Of a stretch of DNA of 39,086 nt, positions 1 through 9,525 are shown piece after piece. Source of the DNA: Thermotogaceae bacterium. Lineage in GTDB: Bacteria > Thermotogota > Thermotogae > B21-G9 > HyVt-16. The notes under the pieces were generated by a model. That model was not told where the DNA came from. It saw nothing but the letters and a program-made list of their open reading frames with translations, and did no database searches. A program made the translations under genes and the position numbers. The stretch spans positions 1 to 39,086 of the forward strand of contig DQYP01000172.1 in assembly GCA_011043375.1 (NCBI GenBank), given 5' to 3'. Within the stretch, counting starts at the first letter, position 1. Every line of letters starts with the position of its first letter.

Positions 1-216
1 GTGCAAGAGTTACAAAATAAATATTACAACATTCTCATGGTAGCAACCGATCACAAAGGAAATTTAATTCAATTGCCTTATCCAGGTGGACTTTACGATC
101 AACCGTTTGACTTCATAATCATGGCAAACATATTTAAGTCAGCTTTTGTAAGCTATCTCGCCGAAGAAAACGAGAAATACGCTAAGAAGGGTGGTTCTCG
201 TTCATTCCGAAAGTGA
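1..216 (+). CDS. small ORF directly upstream of the tape measure gene; positional tail assembly chaperone candidate, possibly cut by the window edge
   Basis: The ORF ends 12 nt before the tape measure start, which is the position of gpG/gpT-type chaperone genes. No motif recognised. Confidence 0.3.
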   Translation: MQELQNKYYNILMVATDHKGNLIQLPYPGGLYDQPFDFIIMANIFKSAFVSYLAEENEKYAKKGGSRSFRK

Positions 217-227
217 GGTGAATAATC

Positions 228-3200
228 TTGGCTGTTGTAAGCCAGGAAGTTAACATAAATATAGTTGCTCAGGATAGGGCTTCTGCTATACTCCAACAAG
301 TTAAAATGCAGCTCGAAGATCTTCAGAGAGCTGCACAAAGTGCTTCTATAGGCTTTGGTAACATGACCACGGCTACTTCTCGTGTTTCCTCAAGGCTTCA
401 AACCGTTCAGAGAACATTTAGAACACTTGGGACTACCCTTAGAACTGTAGGCGATGCTGCCAAAACTCTTGGAAATGCTTTTATTGCAACACCACTTTAT
501 GCTTTCTCTCGTTCTGTAAGTTATCTCAACCAGCAACTTCTCAACATGCAGAGAAGTTTCATTACATTGCAATACGCCACGGAAGGTTTCTTGCGAACAA
601 TGATGATGGGGTTAGTGGGAGTGGCTGGTGGCGTATTTGGTTTAGCGGCCAACTATCAAAGATCCGCCGACGCCATTGCACTTGCTTCTACCATGACAGA
701 AGTGAGATTAGAAAAAGTTAGAGATATGGCTTTTGAAGTGGCCACAACCGTTGGAAAGCCAGTTGAAGAGGTAGCCAATGCCATATATATGATTGGTTCT
801 GCAGGGATAAGATCGCAAGCGGAAATAGAGAGAGCCTTGAAGGCAACCGCCGCCGCTGCTGTTGCAGGCGGCTCTGACATGCAGCAAACATTTCAGACCG
901 CGATAGGAATGGTTAATGCCTTTAAGGATATGGGATACACTTTGCAAGATGTTTATGCAAAAATGTTTAAAGCGATGAAGCAGGGATTGCTGACTTTTGA
1001 AGATATGGCAACCTATTTTGGTGTTATAACGCCAGCTGCAAACCAGTTAGGTGCTTCACTTGATGAAGCCTTGGGCGCGTTTGCCGCTTTGACTAAAATG
1101 GGATTGCTTCCCGCGAGGGCTGCTACGGCCACTCAAATGGCATTTCAGGATATTTTTGAAAAAGCTGATAAATTAAAAGAGTTAGGAATAAACATTTATG
1201 ATGCTCAAGGAAGATTCAGGGGCTTATATAGCGTTATAAAAGACCTTGCAGATAAAATGGCTGGCATGACCGACGAAGGGAAACGTGCGGTTCTGGAGAC
1301 GATAGGTTTCGAAGTAAGGGCAACAAGGGCTATAATAAACTGGATAAATCGTGTCGATGAGTTAAAAGCGATGATAGAAGATGTTGGGAGCGCTTCTGCA
1401 GAAGCCGCCGAGGACGAAGAAGACGCCTTTGTGAAAGCAGGGCAATCTGTTGCTATGACTTTTAGGCGTATTCAGCAGGAGATTCAAAGAATAATAGACT
1501 CGTTAATGCCTACATTTAATCACATTTTGCTTAGAACGCTACCAATTATTCAAAATTTAGGAAAGTGGGCCGAAAAAAATCTCGAAGGCATTTTTGATAA
1601 CTTGCTGAATATAGGAAAAGCACTGTTGCCCATCGTTATTCCTTTAAAAGTTGCCTCAGTTTTTGCTGGTGACCTCTTCCAAATGTTTTACACACTTATA
1701 CACATCATAAATCCATTTAACATCGTAATGGGCGGAATGTTGTTTGCACTATATCAATACCTTTCTGAAAACAAAGAAATACTGGACGATTTAATTGACA
1801 AAGCACGTGAAGTAATTGACAAAATCAAAGTGAGTTTCATAGAACCTATTATCACAGCGGCAAGAAAAGGAGATTTTGTAAAAGTATTTGACATTATAAT
1901 AGGCGGTCTTGCAGAATTGATCGGGAAGGCCATTGTAAAAGTTGCTGAATACCTTAAAGAACACGGTAAGGAAATATGGAAAGCGTTTACAGGTGCCGCT
2001 GGTGAAATTGGCGGTGGTGTGGTAGAAGCAGTATTAGAAGTGACAGGATTTAAGCCTAGTGAAGATATGAAAGGCGACGATGCTTTTGTTAAGAAACTTA
2101 AAGAAGCGTTAGGAGTGGCTGTAATAACAGGTGTTACCACAGGGCGCTTGGGTTTGGCTGTCAAAATTGCGTCTTTGTTTTGGTTAAATGATGTCAAAAA
2201 AGGTGACCTTAAAATGACTGAGCGTCTCAAGATTGCATTTGGGGATATGCTTGCCACTGCTATTTTATCAGAAGGCAAGCCTATACCTTTTGCAGCTATT
2301 TTGACGTTCAAATCTGTGAAAGATACCTTAGAGAATGGTTGGAGTTTAAGAGATGTGATACGAAATGTTATTATTGCCGCTTTTGTGGGAGCCGGCTTGG
2401 GATTGGCTACCAAAAGTCCACAAATAGGCGCCTTGGCGTTTTCGGTGACACTTTATATCATTTCAGAGTTTTTCCCTGGCGACCCAATGAAGCGAGTAAA
2501 AGAATTAAAAGAACGTCTTGCTGAAATAAGTTCAAGGGTTTTTGAAAAGGGTATTCCTGCTCCCGAAACTGCTATGGTTTATAAACAACAAGTGATGAGA
2601 GAATTAGGAAGTATTGCCACATTATTAGGAAACGTTGATCTCTCCAAAGTGAAAAACATTCAATATTTTTCAGAATCCTTAAAACAGTTTAACGACACAT
2701 TTGCAACACTTTCAAAGAATGTAGATAGATTATCTGTTGCTGAATTTCAAAGTCTTGTGAATCAACTCTTGAAGTTATTACAACAGATGATTACTGCGTA
2801 TGAATTTCCAGCCAAACTCGAAGAAATGGGAAAAGAAAATTGGTTTACTAATTTCCTTGGGTGGTTGAACGAGTTATACAAACGTACAGGAAGCCCAGCT
2901 ACACAACCTTTTAATCCTCTTTATACAGGTGGAGGCCATCAAGCTGGTGGTTACACGGCCGATATTGGCGTTAACAAAATTGCTGGTGTTGTTCATGGCG
3001 GAGAATGGGTAGCGCCTGCTTGGATGGTAAAACATCCACTCTACGGCGCTCTAATAGCTTGGCTGGAGCAAAAGAGAATTAGAGGATTTCAAGGCGGTGG
3101 TTCTGATAAACCGATTACCACAAGGCCGCTGGATATAGAAGGCACAATCAAAAGAGCATTTGAGTTAGGCAAAGTCCTCAGTTCGTTAGGAAATGTATTT

Positions 3201-4835
3201 GAAGATACAAGTAAGACTATTGAGGAGTTTTCTATTGACAGGTTAAGAAATTTGTTTAGAGAGTGGACTAAAGCCGAAAGAGGTGCGCCTTTACCACCTC
3301 CAAGAACTGGTTACACACCCGCTGGTATCATCTTACCTTCTGTTGAAGAATACAACGAATTGGTAAAGACGTTGTTAAAATATAGCGATATACTTTCTAA
3401 AGTAATTGCAAACGAAAACGAGCGTTTAGTTATTTCTGCGAAATTAGCAGTTGACAAAAACATTGAGACTTTAAAGGAACTGGCTGAGTTGTTAAAACAA
3501 AGCGCAACCAGCGGAAAGGATGCGGTAAGCGCCTTTAATAGAATTGCTGATGCTCTGCAGTTAAGTGCCAAAGCTCAACCCATTGCAGAAGATCTGGCAC
3601 GTTATTTTGACTTCAAAGGATTATATGAAAGCATGCAGATGTTTGCACCTGTTTCTGCAAAAATGGTAGATGTTAATAAATTGATGACTATGAGTCTCTC
3701 GGACTTCGTTGATGTGTTGCTGGAGACAACTTATGAGACAGGCAAGGTTGATAGCAGCGTGTTGAAGCTTTACAACGACTTTGTGGACTATAGAAATATT
3801 CTAGGTGATGTTATAGACGAAGAGAAGGAAAGATTAGTGACGGTTACAAAATGGAGTCAGCACCTGAAAGAGTTTGGGAAAGCAGGAAAGAATATGGCAA
3901 ATACACTTTACAATTGGACGAAAGACTCTAAAGAGTTACAAGCGGTAGTTGAAACCAATTTGACGGATTTTGATAAATTCAAAACCCTATTGGGCGGGGT
4001 AGCTGGGCTGTTTAGACCAGAAATGCTCGCGGTAGCGGCTGGAGGGGTTGGCATTCCAATAGCTGCGGGCTTAGGTGGCGCTTTAGGTATTGAAGCCGCA
4101 AAAGGCAACATAGGAGGGGTGCAGAGTTTCATAGGCGCAATTGGAGATGCTCTGATGGGTTTGATGGTTTCACTTATCCAGGTATTTGGGCCGTTAATAA
4201 TGCAATTAGAAAATGTGCAAGCGGTATTGTTCCCATTCCAGACGATTTTGCAGGCTATATGGGATGTATTGGGGCCGGTAATAAACCAGGCATTTGCTCC
4301 TTTGGCGACGATGTTAAAAATCATTGGAACGGTTATTGGTAATTTGCTATTGCCTGTTTTGCAGCCGTTACTAAGCGTATTTCAATTATTAGCAAACGTA
4401 ATGGCCATGGCATATAATATGATGTTGCCCGGGATTAGAATACTGTACATCTTAGCGTCGATGGTGGGAAATGTATTCAAAATGATTTATAACGCCTTTG
4501 CGAGTTTCTTTAACTGGTTGGCAGATCAGATAAATAATCTTCTAGGGTGGGCAGGAATTCATATTGGTCACATGAAGCTCAAGAAAGTCAAATCCTTAGA
4601 CGAAATAATGAAAGAGGCTGAACAGAAATTCAAACCGATTTCCGCAGAAGGATTAACTGGAATAGCGATGCAAACACAAGCTCAGTATACAGCAAATGTT
4701 TCTAGAACTGGTCCCGAAACTGTGAATATCTACTTCCAGAATTCTATAATATACGGCAACGAAGAGGTGTTCAAAGAACAGGTGCTTAAATGGGTGAAAG
4801 AATGGGTTAGTGAAGGAGTAGTTGGGATTGGATGA
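228..4835 (+). CDS. tail tape measure protein (TP901-type core)
   Basis: 1535-aa ORF with TTG start at 228 preceded by GAGGTG (215-220). The region around aa 140-380 (ALASTMTE..IGSAGI..FAALTKMGL..) resembles the TP901-family tape-measure core as I recall it. It has a long helical middle and Gly-rich/hydrophobic C-terminal segments. Confidence 0.9.
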   Translation: MAVVSQEVNINIVAQDRASAILQQVKMQLEDLQRAAQSASIGFGNMTTATSRVSSRLQTVQRTFRTLGTTLRTVGDAAKTLGNAFIATPLYAFSRSVSYLNQQLLNMQRSFITLQYATEGFLRTMMMGLVGVAGGVFGLAANYQRSADAIALASTMTEVRLEKVRDMAFEVATTVGKPVEEVANAIYMIGSAGIRSQAEIERALKATAAAAVAGGSDMQQTFQTAIGMVNAFKDMGYTLQDVYAKMFKAMKQGLLTFEDMATYFGVITPAANQLGASLDEALGAFAALTKMGLLPARAATATQMAFQDIFEKADKLKELGINIYDAQGRFRGLYSVIKDLADKMAGMTDEGKRAVLETIGFEVRATRAIINWINRVDELKAMIEDVGSASAEAAEDEEDAFVKAGQSVAMTFRRIQQEIQRIIDSLMPTFNHILLRTLPIIQNLGKWAEKNLEGIFDNLLNIGKALLPIVIPLKVASVFAGDLFQMFYTLIHIINPFNIVMGGMLFALYQYLSENKEILDDLIDKAREVIDKIKVSFIEPIITAARKGDFVKVFDIIIGGLAELIGKAIVKVAEYLKEHGKEIWKAFTGAAGEIGGGVVEAVLEVTGFKPSEDMKGDDAFVKKLKEALGVAVITGVTTGRLGLAVKIASLFWLNDVKKGDLKMTERLKIAFGDMLATAILSEGKPIPFAAILTFKSVKDTLENGWSLRDVIRNVIIAAFVGAGLGLATKSPQIGALAFSVTLYIISEFFPGDPMKRVKELKERLAEISSRVFEKGIPAPETAMVYKQQVMRELGSIATLLGNVDLSKVKNIQYFSESLKQFNDTFATLSKNVDRLSVAEFQSLVNQLLKLLQQMITAYEFPAKLEEMGKENWFTNFLGWLNELYKRTGSPATQPFNPLYTGGGHQAGGYTADIGVNKIAGVVHGGEWVAPAWMVKHPLYGALIAWLEQKRIRGFQGGGSDKPITTRPLDIEGTIKRAFELGKVLSSLGNVFEDTSKTIEEFSIDRLRNLFREWTKAERGAPLPPPRTGYTPAGIILPSVEEYNELVKTLLKYSDILSKVIANENERLVISAKLAVDKNIETLKELAELLKQSATSGKDAVSAFNRIADALQLSAKAQPIAEDLARYFDFKGLYESMQMFAPVSAKMVDVNKLMTMSLSDFVDVLLETTYETGKVDSSVLKLYNDFVDYRNILGDVIDEEKERLVTVTKWSQHLKEFGKAGKNMANTLYNWTKDSKELQAVVETNLTDFDKFKTLLGGVAGLFRPEMLAVAAGGVGIPIAAGLGGALGIEAAKGNIGGVQSFIGAIGDALMGLMVSLIQVFGPLIMQLENVQAVLFPFQTILQAIWDVLGPVINQAFAPLATMLKIIGTVIGNLLLPVLQPLLSVFQLLANVMAMAYNMMLPGIRILYILASMVGNVFKMIYNAFASFFNWLADQINNLLGWAGIHIGHMKLKKVKSLDEIMKEAEQKFKPISAEGLTGIAMQTQAQYTANVSRTGPETVNIYFQNSIIYGNEEVFKEQVLKWVKEWVSEGVVGIG

Positions 4836-4849
4836 GGAGGGGAGAATGA

Positions 4850-7800
4850 ATGTTTCCTAAGTTAAATATTCCTGAGGAGTATATACCTTATTTACGACAC
4901 CCCTCTCGTAATAAGAAGGTAATAGTTTATGCTAAAATCGACGGAACGAATTGGTATGATATTTCTTCTTATGTGAAAAAGGTTACCATAGTTAATCGAT
5001 TAGAATTTTTGCAGGATCCTGCTTTGGATTCTGCTACTATCACACTTGCAAATCTCAATAACGAGTGGACTCCGACTCAATATAATGACGTTTTCGATCC
5101 AGCCAATGGAAAATTTAACGGCACTGTTGATCAAGCTTATTTATCAAAAGAGTGGGAAGTAAAAATTCTATTGAGAGTTTATAAAGATCCTACTACTTAT
5201 GTTGAAGTTCCACTTTTTTATGGTGTGAAAACAGAGTTGACAGAAAAACACAAAACAGCCGAAATAACTCTCAAAGATATATTGTATTATGCCACCAAGA
5301 AAAAGTTAGAAACTGATATATTATACCAAGCTATGACACCCAGCGAAATACTGAGCGATTTGCTCCAACGTGCTGGCTACTCAACTTCGCAATTTGATTT
5401 TCAGGGGTTTACCTCTGATGCTTATAAGTGTGTATTCTTAGCAAAGAGAGACAAAACTTATTGGCAGAACATCATTAATTTAGTAAAAGGTAGCGCAGGA
5501 AAGATTTCAACTAAGCCTGACGGCACTATTATTTTCAGAACACGAAATAGTGATACTTATGAAGATCCTGACGTGGCAGCCGATCTCGCTCAAGATGAGT
5601 TCAAAAAATATGACCTTACGACCACGAAGCGTTATAACAAAATAGTTGTTGATAGTGAAAGCTATAGCATAGATCAAGATTTATCTAATGTTGTGGATGT
5701 CGAGCTGGGCGAAGATAGTGTTATAGAGCCAAATTCTAGTGCTAATTTTGAAGCCGATTATGTTTCTGATTATGCAAAAGACGTTTCTGATACAGTTGAA
5801 ATTAAATACAAAATCAGCAATTTGGAATATACCGCAACGCTTCAAGAGGGCGAAGATGATGGCACAATAAAACTTGAAAGTTATCAGCGTTTTGCTGACA
5901 AAATAGTGTGTACTATCAAAAACCTCTCTTCCTCTGAACAGGTTACCATTACACATTTGAAAACGCAGGGACGTCAGATTAAGCGCATTGCTATAAATAA
6001 AGTCATTCGTCAGGCTACAGAAACACCTGAGAAGGAATATAAAGTTGTTTCATTCTTTGAGAGCGAAGGCATTTTGAAAACTATAGCAGATATTTATTTT
6101 GATGAAGTTGGAAAGAGTATTGGGTTTGTTCTTGATATGAATCAATTTTATGGTGATATTTATGCAGGAAACTTGGTCAATTTTTCTGTGCCAGCAAAAG
6201 GCATTTCTTCTGGAAAATTCTTAGTTTTAAAAGTTGAACACACTCTTGAAGGCGGGTTGTTTAGGACTACACTCGGAATCTTAGAGTGGAGTGGTTTGCA
6301 ATTTCAACAGGGTGACCACATAGCTACTCGTAGCTATCAAGCTCCACCACCATCTGTTGACCAAATTCAACAGAGCTTAAGTGAGGTTCAAAGCCAAGTT
6401 GATGAGTTAGACCAGCGTGTTTCTCAGCAGGAGGAAAAAACTCAATTTTTAGATGGTCAAGCTCCCCCTCAACCAGATTTTCAATTGACATCGTTTAGGA
6501 ATGCACAAGGCGAAAGCATTGTGGAAGCCTCGTGGGACGAAGTGAATGCAACTGATATTATAGGATATGAACTTCAATGGGATACAAATTATAATTTTTA
6601 TCATCCGCGAACTTTAAGGACTAGTGATACAACCATTAGTTGGGCAGTGCCAGGAAATACAACGATTTATGTGCGCATGCGTACCTTGGATGCTGAAGGT
6701 AAAAAGTCGGCTTGGACAGATTGGCATTCAATTATTTCGGCGAAAGATAACGTCCCGCCTTCTAAACCACAAGGAGTAAACGCTGTTGGGTTGTTTCAAA
6801 CCATTATGGTGCAATGGAACGAAAACACAGAAGAGGATCTCAGTCATTATGTGCTGGAATATGACACTGACGAAAACTTTTCTAATCCTACTCGTATAAC
6901 ACTTGCAGCGAACCACACTGTTATAAAAGAATTGAATGTTAATACTACTTATTATATTAGAGTGGCTGCAGTGGATACTTCAGGCAATCAATCAGAGTGG
7001 TCGGATGTGGTTAGCGCGTCTACAGCAAAAATTGATGACGAGAACTATTATGATTATGCCGCTATCAAAAACTGCATTATGCACAACGGCTATATAGACA
7101 GCGCTTGGATTTCTGAATTGGATGCTGGATTGATCACTACTGGATATCTTAGTGCTGATAGGATTGAAGCTGGCACTATTACTTTTGAAAAGTTGGCTTT
7201 TAGAAGTGCTTTTTCCGTTCCTGAGGGTGCTATTGCATATTGGACTAACTCGCTCGTTGACGAATTATATGGAATAACTCCAAAGGGTTATACAGAAGCT
7301 AATTTGCATCCATCTATTACATTGTTGCCCGAAAACGCGCCAGAAGGGAGTGTCGTTGCGGATCTCCTCGCAGCGGATAAGGTGTATGGAAATCATATAG
7401 CGGCAAATACGATCACTGCGGATAAATTAGACGTTTCAGAACTATCAGCCATAACAGCCAATGCAGGAACAATCACCGCAGGAATCATCAAGGGTAGTAG
7501 CGAAACAACGAAATTTGATCTTAATCAGGATCAGCTCATTGTGGGATCCGGAATAGTAAAGATAGGAAAAGGAGTATTGCCAGACGGCGGAGACGGCATT
7601 TTGCTTAATGGCTCAAATCTACATGTAGAGGGTGAGATAGATACAGATTATTTAGACCTTCATAAAGCGGCTATAATTTCTCTAGATGAATACAAAACCT
7701 TCTTTTCTCACACTAACCAAACAAAGTATTTCTCGAGTGCTGGTGACTTGTGTGTGGATCATTATACGCTATATGTTCTCAGGCCTATAACTATTACAAC

Positions 7801-8122
7801 GGGAAAAGGAGCGCAAAAATGCTACAAAAATATTCCTATTTTTGAAATATCTGTGAATGCGCATGAAACTTCAGGAAGTGGTAAAACTCAGGCTATTGTG
7901 AAGATATTTTATATGTACAACTTAACAAAGACTTTTTCTACCGCAACTTCACAGAGCGTTTCTGCGACATGGAGTTTTAATCTTTGGGATTATGAACATC
8001 CTGACGATGACGATGAGGTGATTTTTGAACTATGGCTTTTCTGCGATCGCGGGAACACTTACGTTAACTGGAGCTGGGAATTAAAAATTATTCAAAGTTC
8101 TTGTATAATACATGTGATTTAA
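4850..8122 (+). CDS. tail component / host-specificity protein with two fibronectin type III domains
   Basis: 1090-aa ORF right after the tape measure gene, RBS GAGGAGGGG. Two tandem FN3-like repeats lie at about aa 540-730 (..WDEVNATDIIGYELQWD..YVRMRTLDAEGKKSAW.. and ..WNENTEEDLSHYVLEYD..YYIRVAAVDTSGNQSEWS..). A coiled-coil linker precedes them. Confidence 0.75.
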   Translation: MFPKLNIPEEYIPYLRHPSRNKKVIVYAKIDGTNWYDISSYVKKVTIVNRLEFLQDPALDSATITLANLNNEWTPTQYNDVFDPANGKFNGTVDQAYLSKEWEVKILLRVYKDPTTYVEVPLFYGVKTELTEKHKTAEITLKDILYYATKKKLETDILYQAMTPSEILSDLLQRAGYSTSQFDFQGFTSDAYKCVFLAKRDKTYWQNIINLVKGSAGKISTKPDGTIIFRTRNSDTYEDPDVAADLAQDEFKKYDLTTTKRYNKIVVDSESYSIDQDLSNVVDVELGEDSVIEPNSSANFEADYVSDYAKDVSDTVEIKYKISNLEYTATLQEGEDDGTIKLESYQRFADKIVCTIKNLSSSEQVTITHLKTQGRQIKRIAINKVIRQATETPEKEYKVVSFFESEGILKTIADIYFDEVGKSIGFVLDMNQFYGDIYAGNLVNFSVPAKGISSGKFLVLKVEHTLEGGLFRTTLGILEWSGLQFQQGDHIATRSYQAPPPSVDQIQQSLSEVQSQVDELDQRVSQQEEKTQFLDGQAPPQPDFQLTSFRNAQGESIVEASWDEVNATDIIGYELQWDTNYNFYHPRTLRTSDTTISWAVPGNTTIYVRMRTLDAEGKKSAWTDWHSIISAKDNVPPSKPQGVNAVGLFQTIMVQWNENTEEDLSHYVLEYDTDENFSNPTRITLAANHTVIKELNVNTTYYIRVAAVDTSGNQSEWSDVVSASTAKIDDENYYDYAAIKNCIMHNGYIDSAWISELDAGLITTGYLSADRIEAGTITFEKLAFRSAFSVPEGAIAYWTNSLVDELYGITPKGYTEANLHPSITLLPENAPEGSVVADLLAADKVYGNHIAANTITADKLDVSELSAITANAGTITAGIIKGSSETTKFDLNQDQLIVGSGIVKIGKGVLPDGGDGILLNGSNLHVEGEIDTDYLDLHKAAIISLDEYKTFFSHTNQTKYFSSAGDLCVDHYTLYVLRPITITTGKGAQKCYKNIPIFEISVNAHETSGSGKTQAIVKIFYMYNLTKTFSTATSQSVSATWSFNLWDYEHPDDDDEVIFELWLFCDRGNTYVNWSWELKIIQSSCIIHVI

Positions 8123-8140
8123 AAATGAGGGGGAAATAAA

Positions 8141-8776
8141 ATGATGAGGCACCTTTTTAAAATCGTTATAGTCATGCTTGTTTTATTAATTATAGCGGGG
8201 TGCATGCAACAATCATGCCCTGAAATTTCTCTAAATGTAACGAGTTTCTATAATTATTTTACAATCGAATTTGGTACAGAGGTTTCAGAGTGTAGCCAGC
8301 TCCGTTTGAGATTATCAACGAAGCCCTTAACCATTGATAAATCAGAATTGGAAGAAAACACAACATTCCCGGCAACAACTTTGATAACAGCAACAGATCT
8401 TAACCCAGGTGATACTTATTATCTAAGCCTACATTGCCTGAACAACGATCAGGAATGCTGTTTTTACACAGGAATTGTTAGCACTAAGCGAGATAACGAT
8501 AATACACCTCCACAGATCAACGAGATTGCTGTGAATTATTCGTCGGTGGAGGTTAAGGTGCGCGATGTCCCTTCGGGAGTTAGAAACGTTACGTTAAAAT
8601 TGAAAGATGATATCCCTGTGCCGAATGTGATAACAGTGGATTTGACTTATTTCCTTTCTGAACGTTCGTGGAAAGCTACCTATACGTTGCCGCACAAAGG
8701 CACTTGGCTGTGGCAACTCGAAGCTATTGATAAATCAGGAAATCTGGCGGTTGCAACTGGGACAATTAATTATTGA
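8141..8776 (+). CDS. phage lipoprotein (signal peptide plus lipobox)
   Basis: The N-terminus MMRHLFKIVIVMLVLLIIAGC has a hydrophobic core and an IAG-C lipobox. RBS AGGGGG. The beta-rich remainder may be FN3-like. Confidence 0.6.
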   Translation: MMRHLFKIVIVMLVLLIIAGCMQQSCPEISLNVTSFYNYFTIEFGTEVSECSQLRLRLSTKPLTIDKSELEENTTFPATTLITATDLNPGDTYYLSLHCLNNDQECCFYTGIVSTKRDNDNTPPQINEIAVNYSSVEVKVRDVPSGVRNVTLKLKDDIPVPNVITVDLTYFLSERSWKATYTLPHKGTWLWQLEAIDKSGNLAVATGTINY

Positions 8777-8789
8777 GAGGTGAAAATCT

Positions 8790-9009
8790 ATGAAGAGAAT
8801 GTTTACAGCTATTATTGAATATGATCCTGATACAAAGCAATACATTGGAATCGTTCCAAGCATTCCAGGAGTTCATACGGTGGGGAAACTCGATAGAGGA
8901 AGTGAGAAAAAACTTGAAAGAGGTGCTTGAGCTGGTATTAGAAGAAACATAAGAGGAGATAGAAAACACTGAATTCGTGGCTCTTGAAATGATAGATGTG
9001 AAAGAGTGA
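8790..9009 (+). pseudogene. hicB: decayed HicB/UPF0150-family antitoxin gene (one frameshift plus one in-frame TAA)
   Basis: Frame 1 (8790-8930) gives [34 protein letters not shown].., a typical HicB N-terminus. The homology continues in the +1 frame from 8893 as [19 protein letters not shown]. It is interrupted by TAA at 8950-8952, then continues as EEIENTEFVALEMIDVKE with a stop at 9007-9009. Confidence 0.6.
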
Positions 9010-9137
9010 GTTATATTCCCATAGTCGATCCAAAAGCCACGGAAAAAGTTCTGTTTGCTCTGGGATTTCGACGTATTCAGCAGAAGGGAGACCAGAGAAA
9101 TGACACTTTTTGTGAAAGGAGGTTGGTTTATGCCTAG
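9006..9137 (+). pseudogene. hicA: truncated HicA-like mRNA-interferase toxin remnant
   Basis: The GTG at 9006 overlaps the hicB stop (GTGA). VSYIPIVDPKATEKVLFALGFRRIQQKG matches the HicA N-terminal helix-strand region. The GSH catalytic segment and the rest of the protein are missing, and the reading frame runs into the next gene's RBS. Confidence 0.5.
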
Positions 9138-9525
9138 ATATCGTGTTTTGAGCGATTACTTTTATTATGATGGTGTAACAAGGGCAAGAGATGAAGAATT
9201 CGAAACCACTGAATATATTTATTCCGATGATGTAATATTACTAAACGATTCTCCCAGCACTCGCGTGGTGCTAGCTCATTTCACAGGAGCTATAAACGCC
9301 GGAGATGTACAAGAAATAATTATCAATTGGGGCGATGACGAAATCGGTGTTTTATTCTTAGCAGTTGATGGTGAGATCAAACTCCATTACAATGGAAATG
9401 AAACTGCACAATTTAAGGACTGCAATATAGTACATCGCATCAGTGCTAATATGGTAAGAAAGGTGGTTATAGAGGCTATAACGGACAGTAATATTTGGCT
9501 TGCTGTTCTTAGGGAGGCGAGGTAA
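9130..9525 (+). CDS. hypothetical tail-module protein (MPRY paralogue A)
   Basis: ATG 9130 is preceded by AGGAGG (9117-9123). The upstream part of tracked ORF 9055.. overlaps the hicA remnant. Resembles ORF 15284..15688 (MPRY.. start, WGD, ..IEA..DS.. C-terminus). Confidence 0.6.
   Translation: MPRYRVLSDYFYYDGVTRARDEEFETTEYIYSDDVILLNDSPSTRVVLAHFTGAINAGDVQEIIINWGDDEIGVLFLAVDGEIKLHYNGNETAQFKDCNIVHRISANMVRKVVIEAITDSNIWLAVLREAR

Noticed and set aside
1754-2413. 219-aa minus-strand ORF, along with other antisense ORFs inside the tape measure gene (153..338, 390..572, 656..880, 708..947, 3311..3571, 3908..4324)
   Set aside because: These are shadow ORFs opposite a confidently coding gene. They have low-complexity Ser/Ala/Pro-rich translations and no RBS.
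9055-9129. N-terminal extension of tracked ORF 9055..9525
   Set aside because: This stretch overlaps the hicA remnant. The AGGAGG site at 9117-9123 serves ATG 9130.
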